This document shows, in pieces, positions 8,615 to 19,123 of a DNA stretch of 22,479 bases. Origin of the DNA: Macrostomum lignano (lineage: Eukaryota). A model generated the notes under the pieces. The model was not told the origin of the DNA, searched no databases, and worked only from the letters and a program-made list of their open reading frames with translations. Numbering within the stretch: the first letter of the stretch is position 1; each line of letters begins with the position of its first letter. Position numbers and translations under genes: made by a program. The stretch lies in the NCBI GenBank assembly GCA_002269645.1, contig NIVC01004145.1, positions 35,713 through 58,191 of the forward strand. Direction: 5' to 3'.

Positions 8615-10626
8615 ATTTATTCATGCAGATAGTTAGACAGACAGTTAAACAGTTAGACAGACAGACATACTGTGACATTTATTCATGCAGATAGTTAGAC
8701 AGACGGTTAGACAGTTAGACAGACAGACATACTGTGACATTTATTCATGCAGATAGTTAGACAGACAGTTAGACAGTTAGACAGACAGACATACTGTGAC
8801 ATTTATTCATGCAGATAGTTAGACAGACACTGTGACATTTATTCATGCAGATAGTTAGACAGACACTGTGACATTTATTCATGCAGATAGTTAGACAGAC
8901 ACTGTGACATTTATTCATGCAGATAGTTAGACAGACGGTTAGACAGTTAGACAGACAGACACTGTGACATTTATTCATGCAGATAGTTAGACAGACAGTT
9001 AGACAGTTAGACAGACAGACATACTGTGACATTTATTCATGCAGATAGTTAGACAGACGGTTAGACAGTTAGACGGACAGACACTGACATTTATTCATGC
9101 AGATAGTTAGACAGACAGTTAGACAGTTATACAGACAGACACTGTGACATTTATTCATGCAGATAGTTAGACAGACACTGTGACATTTATTCATGCAGAT
9201 AGTTAGACAGACACTGTGACATTTATTCATGCAGATAGTTAGACAGACAGTTAGACAGTTAGACAGACAGACACTGTGACATTTATTCATGCAGATAGTT
9301 AGACAGACAGACACTGTGACATTTAGACATGCAGACATGCAGACACTGATATTTAGACATGCAGACATGCAGACACTGATATTTAGACAGGCAGACAGAC
9401 ACTGGTATTTAGACAAGCAGACATGCAGGCAGACAGACACTGATATTTAGACATGCAGACATGCAGGCAGACAGACACTGGTATTTAGACATGCAGACAT
9501 GCAGACACTGATATTTAGACATGCAGACATGCAGACACTGATATTTAGACAGGCAGACAGACACTGATATTTAGACATGCAGACATGCAGACACTGATAT
9601 TTAGACATGCAGACATGCAGACACTGATATTTAGACATGCAGACATGCAGACACTGATATTTAGACAGGCAGACAGACACTGATATTTAGACATGCAGAC
9701 ACTGATATTTAGACATGCAGACATGCAGGCAGACAGACACTGATATTTAGACATGCAGACACGCAGACACTGATATTTAGACATGCAGACATGCAGACAC
9801 TGATATTTAGACATGCAGGCACACAGACACTGGTATTTAGACATGCAGACATGCAGACACTGATATTTAGACATGCAGACATGCAGGCAGACAGACACTG
9901 GTATTTAGACATGCAGACATGCAGACACTGATATTTAGACAGGCAGACATGCAGACACTGATATTTAGACATGCAGACATGCAGACACTGATATTTAGAC
10001 ATGCAGACATGCAGACACTGATATTTAGACATGCAGACATGCAGGCAGACAGACACTGGTATTTAGACATGCAGACATGCAGACACTGATATTTAGACAG
10101 GCAGACATGCAGACACTGATATTTAGACATGCAGACATGCAGACACTGATATTTAGACATGCAGACATGCAGACACTGATATTTAGACATGCAGACATGC
10201 AGGCAGACAGACACTGGTATTTAGACATGCAGACATGCAGACACTGATATTTAGACATGCAGACATGCAGACACTGATATTTAGACATGCAGACATGCAG
10301 GCAGACAGACACTGGTATTTAGACATGCAGACATGCAGGCAGACAGACAGACACTGATATTTAGACATATAGACATGCAGGCAGGCAGACAGACACTGAC
10401 ATATAGACATGCAGGCAGACAGACACTGACATATAGACATGCAGGCAGACAGACACTGACATATAGACATGCAGACAGACAGACACTGACATACAGACAT
10501 GCAGGCAGACAGACACTGACATATAGACATGCAGGCAGACAGACACTGACATATAGACATGCAGGCAGACAGACACTGACATATAGACATGCAGGCAGAC
10601 AGACACTGGCATATAGACATGCAGAC
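8615..10626. repeat. Compound AGAC-rich satellite with three successive unit types
   Basis: 8615 to about 9320: GACATTTATTCATGCAGATAGTTAGACAGAC...; about 9320-10365: GACACTGATATTTAGACATGCAGACATGCA; about 10366-10626: GACACTGACATATAGACATGCAGGCAGACA. Confidence 0.95.
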
Positions 10627-10843
10627 TGGGACATGTGGTCATGCAGACAGACAGACGGGAACTGACATTAGGACAGAGCACACGGAGACAGTAAAACATT
10701 AGATGAATGGCTGACAATGACTCATCTATCATGCACGTGACTCATCAATCCCAAATATGACCATTGCCATGATATCATGCATCATTAATCTAATTCCTAC
10801 ATTAATAAATGTTCGTCTCTCCCTACATCTCCCTCCACTCCAG

Positions 10844-11131
10844 GCTTCAACCTCGTCTCCGTACTTTCAGTCTGAGGATTCTACAAAGAAATCCGCCGCT
10901 AGCCGTGGCGCCAATTCAAAATCGCAAAATCGCAAGCGCCGCTCCCAGCCGGTGCCAATCGCTTACGAAGAGTCGGTCGGTGAGGCTGCTGACGAACTGG
11001 TTGCCGCGGCGCCGGCGCCGGCCAAGTGGGAGGCGCAGCTGGCTAACATTAAACTGATGCGAGCGGATAAAAGTGCTCCAGTTGACAATATGGGCTGTCA
11101 CACTCTCGCCGACGGGGCGGCCGAACCCAAG
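10844..11131 (+). CDS. NTHL1: NTHL1 coding exon: N-terminal region to MGCHTLADGAAEPK
   Basis: Pyrimidine tract plus CAG| at 10843; encodes ASTSSPYF...NRKRRSQ (basic, NLS-like)...KWEAQLANIKLMRADKSAPVDNMGCH, the conserved NTH1 W-x6-I-x2-MR...APVD-x-MG segment; donor AAG|GTTTGT at 11131/11132, phase 0. Confidence 0.9.
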
Positions 11132-11269
11132 GTTTGTTTGTTTTGAGAGTGCATTAATTTAGCTGGGCACACTGCTGCGGTGTGAAGTAGAAGCTCTGAG
11201 CAGGGGCGTGGCCAGCATTCTTCATTGAGGGCTGCCGTTTCATTTAAGGGGATGCCATTAATTTGAGGG

Positions 11270-11390
11270 CAGCACCAGGGGCGCCGGCACCAAGGAGCGC
11301 CAGCACCAAGGAGCGCCAGCACCAAGGGCGCCAGCACCAAGGGCGCCAGCACCAGGGCGCCAGCATCAGTGTCGCCAGCACCAGAAGCGC
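11270..11390. repeat. Short degenerate array of 15-bp unit GCGCCAGCACCAAGG
   Basis: About 7-8 units, degenerating at the 3' end. Confidence 0.85.
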
Positions 11391-11951
11391 TAACACCTGT
11401 AGTAACTGAGTCAGAGGCCGTGTTTGCTGTGTAGCCAAACTCTTATAAATCTCGCCGCGCTGGGCACGCGTCTATATATTATGGAGTTAGAATTGGGGTG
11501 GCGGCACCCACCCCACTCCGCAGCCAATCAGACTGCCCGGGCGTACCATACTGTGCGTACGCACACTACATCTCTCCCCTTTCGAATAGAGACTGAGAGA
11601 GAAGAAAATCGATTTAAACGTAACTCGAAAATACAAAGTTCGAAAGATTCACCGATGATGCGCATTGAAAATGGAGATTAAAATATTGAGGAAATAAAAT
11701 ATTTGAATTGAATGCAGCAAAAACGTAAAAAAACTTCAGTCCGCATATTACGGAAAAGAAAGTCAGTTAATTTCAGTCATTGCAGGATTTCAAATTCAGT
11801 CCTTGTAGATTTTCACGCCCGCCCGAGCAGCGCGGGGGTGCGGGCGCAGCGCCATCGGGGAGGCGGGTGGATCTCGGGCCGCCTCGCCCGAAGCTCTCGG
11901 TGCAGCGGTCTGCGTCTGGGCGCCGGCGTCGCGAGCGTACGCACACTACAA

Positions 11952-12273
11952 CACCAAGGGACCAGCACCAGGAGCGCCAGCACCAAGGGCGCCAGCACCA
12001 AGGGCGCCAGCACCAGGAGCGCCAGCACCAAGGGCGCCAGCACCAAGGGCGCCAGCACCAATGGCGCCAGCACCAGGAGCGCCAGCACCAAGGGCGCCAG
12101 CACCAAGGGCGCCAGCACCAAGGGCGCCAGCACCAGGAGCGCCAGCACCAAGGGCGCCAGCACCAAGGGCGCCAGCACCAGGAGCGCCAGCACCAAGGGC
12201 GCCAGCACCAAGGGCGCCAGCACCAGGAGCGCCAGCACCAAGGGCGCCAGCACCAAGGGCGCCAGCACCAGGG
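11952..12273. repeat. 15-bp minisatellite (GCGCCAGCACCAAGG / GCGCCAGCACCAGGA)n
   Basis: About 21 units, two variants in a mostly 2:1 pattern; source of the STKGA/RQHQG/LAPLV ORFs. Confidence 0.97.
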
Positions 12274-13180
12274 ACGTCAGTAACCCTCATAAGTTTAAGC
12301 TACAGTAGGGACACAGTGTGGAGAGTAGCGATCCGCCCCCGCAGTCTAAATAGTTCGATGATAAATCGATTCCACAAAGTGACGACTGCCCACTAACCTG
12401 GCAAAATATATCATATTTGATTGATGATTTTTCAGGCTTTAAGCTGAACTGGGTGCGCCTCCCGTCCTATGTTTGATGCTGCAAGCAACAGTAGTTGCTG
12501 CATTTCCAATTTGCGTGAGACGGAGGCGGAGAGAGAGAGAGTTGCCAGGGTTAGGACAGGAGAACCTACATCTAGCTGCTATAGCTTATAGCTACTCAAA
12601 CTTAATTAGCCTGCTCATCAGCCGCAGTCGTTATCGCAGATCTGACTGAGAGAGATCGGCTCCTTATCATCAGCCGCCGAGCGAATTCGATTCCGCCCAA
12701 TGTCTCTCTATCTTAGAAAGAGTCCAATTTTCTTATTTCTCCTCCCTGTCCCGTCGCTGCCTGCCTGCGTTATTATTTAGAAGCAAAATTTTGAGGACCT
12801 GCCTGACAGCGGGCGGGAGGCCGTTTTCTTCTTGTACTCGTAAGGATTTTGAATCCGGGGATTTCCGTGTCTATTATATATTGATTCTTCCCACTCAATT
12901 ACTGCCGCCCGTATCTCTCTGTATTGCCTGAGGCAGGGGTGTCGGCCTTCACTGCGCCTCTTTTTATTTATCTCTAGCTATGCCGGCTCAGCCTAGGTGG
13001 GTGCGTGCCCTCTCTCGATTCTTGCTATCCACTCTCGAGTCTCTTCTTTTAGCTCATCCGCTTCCAGCTAAACACTTCACCCTAACCTCTCTGCCCCTCT
13101 GTCTCAAACCCTCCCTAACCCTTTCTCCTACCCCTCCGATTCTAACCCTGTACACCCCTTCCTGACGCCTCTCGTACTCA

Positions 13181-13558
13181 CCTCTCTACCCCTCCCTACC
13201 TCTCTACGCCTCCCTACCCTCTCTACCCCTCCCTACCTCTCTACGCCTCCCTACCCTCTCTACCCCTCCCTACCCTCTCTCTATCCCTCCCTACCTCTCT
13301 ACGCCTCCCTACCCTCTCTACCCCTCCCTACCCTCTCTCTACCCCTCCCTACCTCTCTACGCCTCCCTACCCTCTCTACCCCTCCCTACCCTCTCTCTAC
13401 CCCTCCTACCTCTCTACGCCTCCCTACCCTCTCTACCCCTCCCTACCCTCTCTACCCCTCCCTACCTCTCTCTACTCCCTACCCTCTCTCTACCCCTCCC
13501 TACCTCTCTCCACCCTTTCCTACCCTCTCTCTACTCCCCTCCCTACCCTCTCTCTACC
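13181..13558. repeat. 19-21-bp pyrimidine-rich minisatellite (CCCTCCCTACCCTCTCTAC)n
   Basis: About 19 units, almost G-free on + strand. Confidence 0.93.
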
Positions 13559-14178
13559 TTTGTTCCTCTGTCTATATCCTCTCTTCCTGTCTGCTTCTCT
13601 TTTCTATCTTCTATCCAAAACAAATCCTCTTAGTTTGCCCCTACCGCCCTTCTATGCAGCCGCTTCAGTCCTCACGCCCTCAGTTCATTGTTTCTACGAC
13701 TGAAGCTGAAGCTGAAAAGCTGAAATAATTTTATATGAATATTATATTTCAGATTTCCATAATTTGAATAAAAGCACTAGTATAATATTTGTTTGCCTAA
13801 TTTGAGATTCAATAAGCATTCCTTTTGGCTTTGATTGCAGATAGAAGCGCGATTATCTTTCCTCTCTGTGCAGGCTGAATCTATAATATGGAATAATAAT
13901 TTGAGAGCTGCCAGTAAAATAAATAATTTGCCACACTCGGCTGCACTGAAGTGCCGCCAGCCAACTGGCTTTTAAGCCTACTTAGAGACTATACCGATTT
14001 AGTCTAAAAAGGAGTTTTAGCTGAGTCTAGCTGAGTTGAAAAGCTGAGTCTAAAAAATCTGCCTTGGAAAATAGAGGTTCTCTGGCACTTTTAGCAACAA
14101 TATACTATATACTATTATTAGCATTAGCGCACTGTCTTCGCCGCTCCCAAAATGCTGTAGAGACTCAGATTAAAGGGC

Positions 14179-14335
14179 CATACTGACATAAGCGCTGTCA
14201 TGAGCGCATACTGACATAAGCACTGTCATGAGCGCATACTGACATAAGCGCTGTTATGAGCGCATACTGACATAAGCGCTGTTATGAGCGCATACTGACA
14301 TAAGCGCTGTCATGAGCGCATACTGACATAAGCGC
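14179..14335. repeat. 28-bp minisatellite (CATACTGACATAAGCGCTGTCATGAGCG)n
   Basis: About 5.6 near-identical units with internal inverted motifs (TGACA..TGTCA; GCGCT..AGCGC). Confidence 0.95.
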
Positions 14336-14712
14336 GCACTTCTGCAAGATCTTAGCACCTTGCCCGAGGTAATTGCGCTCTTATGCCATTGCACGCTTAT
14401 CACATTTGTAAGGCAACAAAGATTATTATTAGACGCTTAGTATATGCGATGAGTACACAAGTGTGTTTACACTGCCAGCGTACCAGTGCGTGCATGTGTA
14501 TGCCCGATTTAGCAAGTTGCGATTAGAAGATTTCCATTAAAGTGTGTCCTACTGTTTTGTACCTGAAAATTCTATTCATGCTATTATGGATGGCAGCCAA
14601 AAATAAATATTCTTGGATGAGAGGTCAACTGACCCCTATTGACCCCTCCTAGATCCGTAACGGTCTCCAGTCTTGGCAGCCATTGCTATATTGTCACAAA
14701 TGGGATTCCGAG

Positions 14713-15152
14713 GGCACACAAGGCCACACAAGTGACACACAAGGCCACACAAGTGGCACAAAAGACCTCAAGTGGCACACAAGGCCTCACAAGTGGCACA
14801 CAAGGCCTTACAAGCGGCACACAAGGCCTCACAAGTGGCACACAAGGCCTCACAAGTGTCACACAAAGCCTCACAAGTGGCACACAAGGCCTTACAAATG
14901 GCACACAAGGCCTTACAAGTGGCACACAAAGCCTCACAAGTGGCACACAAGGCCTCACAAGTGGCACACAAAGCCTCACAAGTGGCACACAAAGCCTCAC
15001 AAGTGGCACACAAGGCCTCACAAGTGCCACACAAGGCCTCACAAGTGGCACACAAAGCCTCACAAGTGCCACACAAGGCCTTACAAGCGGCACACAAAGC
15101 CTCACAAGTGGTACACAAAGCCTCACAAGTGGCACACAAAGCCTCACAAGTG
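14713..15152. repeat. 21-bp minisatellite (GGCACACAAGGCCTCACAAGT)n
   Basis: About 21 units; source of TSGTQGL/HKWHTRP/CEALCAT ORFs. Confidence 0.96.
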
Positions 15153-15696
15153 TCGCCCTACTTAGTCACAGCGCTTCGCTCTTTATTGGTGCTGGAAAGT
15201 GAATTCTTACAGGAAGGGAAATAGCGCCGCTGCTCAGGCAACTGCCAAGATAATTTCAGCCTGTTCTGAGTAGTGCTCATAATAAACCCTCCTCTTGTCG
15301 TGTCGCCATCTCGCTCGCTAACAATATCTCCGCAGGGCATCAATAATTTGTATTCCTTTTACGACTATAGCGACTATAGCGACAGATGGGATGAATGGGT
15401 ATTTTTTAGATATCCATTGCTGCGCCGGAGATTCAATCAGGCACAGTCAGGCTATGCGTGCCGTTAATTTCTCGTTGTCACTTTAGCAGCCAGCTGCGCT
15501 TGCTTGAAGTGCTACGGCTTCGCTCAGCATGCTAGAAACATCTTAGTAGCATCTTATCCACTCTGTTCTATAAGACTGGATGCTTGTTGTCGCAATCCTG
15601 CCATATATTTGGATTAATTTGTTTATTCCTAGTGTATGAAATTATTAACGATACATATCGGTGGATTGATAGCTCGGGACAGTTTATGATTCAGTG

Positions 15697-15998
15697 TTTT
15701 TTTATTATTACACCTGCCCCAAATCGGCCAAATGTGTAACCGACAGCTCAGCCGCAGCTATTGCGCGGCGCATCTGAAGGCTGCGTACGGCTGTTCAGTC
15801 CAAGGACTGGGGGGTCGCCACACACACAGCCTCAATTAACCCAGCTAATGCTGGCGCCCATTTTACAGCTGGGTGAACTGAAGCAATGCAGAGTTAAGTG
15901 CCTTGCTCAAGGATGCAAATTGTTCCGAGGGGATTGAAAATCGAACCCCCGACCTTCAAGTCGTGATTCCGACGCTCTAACCACTAGGCTACAACCCC
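15697..15998 (-). mobile_element. tRNA-derived SINE with CORE-like central domain, in NTHL1 intron
   Basis: Minus strand: A box TAGCCTAGTGG (15991-15981), B-box-like GGTTCGATTTT (15947-15937), then CCTTGAGCAAGGCACTTAACTCTGCATTGCTTCAGTTCACCCAGCTGTAAAATGGG (15912-15857), which resembles the MIR/CORE consensus CCTTGGGCAAGTTACTTAACCTCTCTGTGCCTCAGTTTCCTCATCTGTAAAATGGG; ends in GTAATAATAAAAAAA; about 300 bp. Confidence 0.8.
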
Positions 15999-16058
15999 TA
16001 TTGTAGACTAGTGTAGCCTAAAAGCTGATTAACTAAGATTTCTCGCTCCTCCCGTCAG

Positions 16059-16229
16059 ACATTTCGCTATCAAGTCCTGCTGTCCCTGATGCTATCCAGC
16101 CAGACTAAGGACGAAGTCACTGCGGCTGCTATGGCCCGCCTGAGGCGGCACGGCTGCACTCTGGATAACATTCTGGCCACGGACAATGCGGAACTGGGCC
16201 GCCTCATCTATCCCGTCGGATTCTGGAAG
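16059..16229 (+). CDS. NTHL1: NTHL1 coding exon: [21 protein letters not shown]...LIYPVGFWK
   Basis: Acceptor CCCGTCAG| at 16058; hallmark LMLSSQTKD and IYPVGFW motifs of endonuclease III/NTH1; donor AAG|GTAAGC at 16229/16230, phase 0. Confidence 0.95.
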
Positions 16230-16309
16230 GTAAGCTGCGAATGGACTTTTCATGTTTGCCCTTTCACTGCTGCTCGAATAAACTCAATTTTCTCTCTATT
16301 TCCTTCGTT

Positions 16310-17355
16310 CTCTGTTCCCCTCACTCTCCTCACTGTTCCCCTCACTCTCCTCTCTGTTCCCCTCACTCTCCTCTCTGTTCCCCTCACTCTTCTCTCTGTT
16401 CCCCTCACTCTCCTCTCTGTTCCCCTCACTCTCCTCTCTGTTCCCTCACTCCCCTCTGTTCCCCTCACTCTTCTCTCTGTTCCCCTCACTCTCCTCTCTG
16501 TTCCCCTCACTCTCCTCTCTGTTCCCCTCACTCCCCTCTCTGTTCCCCTCACTCTCCTCACTGTTCCCTCACTCTCCTCTCTGTTCCCCTCACTCTTCTC
16601 TCTGTTCCCCTCACTCTCCTCTCTGTTCCCCTCACTACCCTCTCTGTTCCCCTCACTCTCCTCTCTGTTCCCCTCACTCTCCTCTCTGTTCCCCTCACTC
16701 TCCTCTCTGTTCCCCTCACTCCCCTCTCTGTTCCCCTCACTCTCCTCACTGTTCCCCTCACTCTCCTCTCTGTTCCCCTCACTCTTCTCTCTGTTCCCCT
16801 CACTCTCCTCTCTGTTCCCCTCACTCCCCTCTCTGTTCCCCTCACTCTTCTCTCTGTTCCCCTCACTCTCCTCTCTGTTCCCCTCACTCTCCTCACTGTT
16901 CCCCTCACTCCCCTCTCTGTTCCCCTCACTCTTCTCTCTGTTCCCCTCACTCTTCTCTCTGTTCCCCTCACTCTCCTCTCTGTTCCCCTCACTCCCCTCT
17001 CTGTTCCCCTCACTCTTCTCTCTGTTCCCCTCACTCTCCTCTCTGTTCCCCTCACTCCCCTCACTGTTCCCCTCACTCTCCTCTCTGTTCCCCTCACTCT
17101 CCTCTCTGTTCCCCTCACTCTCCTCTCTGTTCCCCTCACTCTCCTCTCTGTTCCCCTCACTCTCCTCACTGTTCCCCTCACTCCCTCTCTGTTCCCCTCA
17201 CTCCCCTCTCTGTTCCCCTCACTCTTCTCTCTGTTCCCCTCACTCTTCTCTCTGTTCCCCTCACTCCCCTCACTGTTCCCCTCACTCCCCTCTCCGTTCC
17301 CCTCACTCCCCTCTCTGTTCCCCTCACTCCCCTCTGTTCCCCTCTCTCTCCTCAC
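16310..17355. repeat. 21-bp pyrimidine-rich minisatellite (CTCTGTTCCCCTCACTCTCCT)n
   Basis: About 50 units; source of [20 protein letters not shown] ORFs. Confidence 0.97.
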
Positions 17356-17753
17356 AATTTCAAATGCATACGTTCAATCGCCTGTCTCCAATCGTATAGT
17401 TTATCCTGATTAATTAATGTATGCTTAGAATTTATACAGATTCAATCCATTAGTAAATTTTACGACTAAATTTGGAGAATTGAAGCCTGCTCACATCCGG
17501 AGTGAATCTTGCTATCTGAGCTGTGTGCGTTTTTCTCCTTGTCTCTGGGACTCGATCCCATGTCAACAGTGCCAATGTAGTTGACTGCGTTCAAAATGCA
17601 CTTTTACACTCTGATCTTTGGTCAATGGATCATTATTTTGACCGATACTAGTTTCTCTTTGATTTAACCTACCATTTTAAAGAAATTCATTTTCTTCTAG
17701 AGCCCTTGTTGTCCACCTTGCCTGAATTTCGTATGCTTTACCTGGCATTCCCA

Positions 17754-18026
17754 GTGGTTGCTATGGCCCCACCTGAGATCCAGACTGTGGTTGCTATGGC
17801 CCCACCTGAGATTCAGACTGTGGTTGCTATGGCCCCACCTGAGATTCAGACTGTGGTTGCTATGGCCCCACCTGAGATTCAGACTGTGGTTGCTATGGCC
17901 CCCTCTGAGATTCAGACTGTGGTTGCTATGCCCCACCTGAGATCAGATAGTGGTTGCTATGGCCCCACCTGAGATTCAGACTGTGGTTGCTATGCCCCAC
18001 CTGAGATTCAGACTGTGGTTGCTATG
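17754..18026. repeat. 33-bp minisatellite (GTGGTTGCTATGGCCCCACCTGAGATTCAGACT)n
   Basis: About 8 units ending about 40 nt before the acceptor at 18067. Confidence 0.96.
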
Positions 18027-18067
18027 CTACTAACTAAACTAACAAACGGCCCCATCAATGTCCCTAG

Positions 18068-18330
18068 AAAAAGGTAGACTACATCAAACGGGCCAGCCAG
18101 GCGCTCAAGGACAGCCACTCCGGTGACATTCCGGACAGCGTGGCCGGCCTGTGCAGCCTGCCGGGCGTCGGGCCAAAGATGGCGCACATCGCCATGCGCT
18201 GCGCCTGGGACCGGCTGACGGGAATCGGGGTGGACACCCACGTGCACCGGATCGCTGCCCGGCTGGGCTGGACTAAGAAGGCAAAGGAGCCGGAGGATAC
18301 TAGGAAACAATTGGAGGCCTGGCTGCCCAG
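18068..18330 (+). CDS. NTHL1: NTHL1 catalytic exon: helix-hairpin-helix and catalytic Asp
   Basis: Acceptor CCCTAG| at 18067; KKVDYIK...GDIP...LPGVGPKMA (HhH with catalytic Lys)...[11 protein letters not shown] (catalytic Asp)...LEAWLP; donor CAG|GTGAGA at 18330/18331, phase 2. Confidence 0.95.
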
Positions 18331-18810
18331 GTGAGACTACCGATATGTAGAGTGAATAATTATCTACAAAAAGTTAATAGAGTTCTAAAGCTTGTTTAAA
18401 AGTTCTTCAACACGCCTTGGTGTGGTCGGACTAGTCAACGGAGTGCAGGTCGCAGTCGGGGCCCAGCACCACGCCCTTCAGCACGCGGACGCAGCGGCCA
18501 CGGACGGAGATGTTCTCGGTCTGCTGGCGGATCTCCTTGCCGCCCAGGGTCTTGGTCTCGGTCCTCGGCTCCGGCGAGCACCCGGCCTTCTCCTCATCCA
18601 TTTTCCATTTTAGGCTTTCACCCTCGCAGAGGGTGTGCCTCATCCCACGGCTCTTAGGGATCGTCGTTGTCGCACTTCCTGCGGTGTCGCGCCATGTTGG
18701 TCATGTTGATCGCACCAGCAAGGTTCTTCCGATGCTTTTGGATCTCTTTTTCCTGTTTGTTTTCTCATTTGCCGTGTTCTGTTCGATGCAAGCAGATGCA
18801 AGGATGCGAT

Positions 18811-18929
18811 GCAAGGAAGGCAAGCAGGCAGGCAGGCAGGAAGGCAGGCAGGCGGGCAGGCAGGCAGGCAAGCAGGCAGGCAGGCAGGCAGGCAAGCAGG
18901 CAGGAAGGCAAGCAGGCAGGCAAGCAGGC
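18811..18929. repeat. Imperfect (GGCA)n microsatellite
   Basis: GCAG/GCAA/GGAA tetramers over about 120 bp. Confidence 0.92.
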
Positions 18930-19123
18930 TATTATCCGAGCCACTGGTGTACTCTTATCTAAGTGTTGTGTAGTTGGTTTACATGTAGCTCGTATGTACA
19001 TCTGTTTGGCGATATTGATCTGTCGCTGGCTAAAATGTAAAATTTCCGGTATAAGGCCGGTAAGCACAGGACACCTGCTTATTTTTAACACAGAGCGGCT
19101 CTATACCCGCCCTCCCATTCCAG

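Noticed and set aside
8769-10732. Many Cys/Met-rich ORFs (SVCLHVCMSKYQC etc.) resembling metallothionein or keratin-associated proteins
   Set aside because: Overlapping multi-frame translations of the AGAC/ATGC satellite.
11712-12396. Elastin/collagen-like GAGALGAGAP and RQHQG ORFs
   Set aside because: All frames on both strands are open because of the 15-bp unit; located in an NTHL1 intron.
12933-12942. CAGGGGTGTC as a hAT terminal inverted repeat
   Set aside because: No matching inverted copy or 8-bp target duplication found.
14639-15224. TSGTQGL, HKWHTRP and CEALCAT repeat ORFs (antifreeze- or mucin-like)
   Set aside because: 21-bp minisatellite open in multiple frames; no splice or codon evidence.
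15925-15998. Functional tRNA gene
   Set aside because: B box is degenerate, no intact acceptor stem is evident, and it continues into a SINE body and A-rich tail.
16089-17399. 436-aa ORF as a single protein
   Set aside because: Only 16059-16229 is NTHL1; the rest is read-through past the GTAAGC donor into a stop-free pyrimidine repeat.
1977-18026. CRISPR-like arrays (28-39-bp repeats, some palindromic)
   Set aside because: Units are head-to-tail with no unique spacers, there are no cas genes, and the context is spliceosomal eukaryotic genes.
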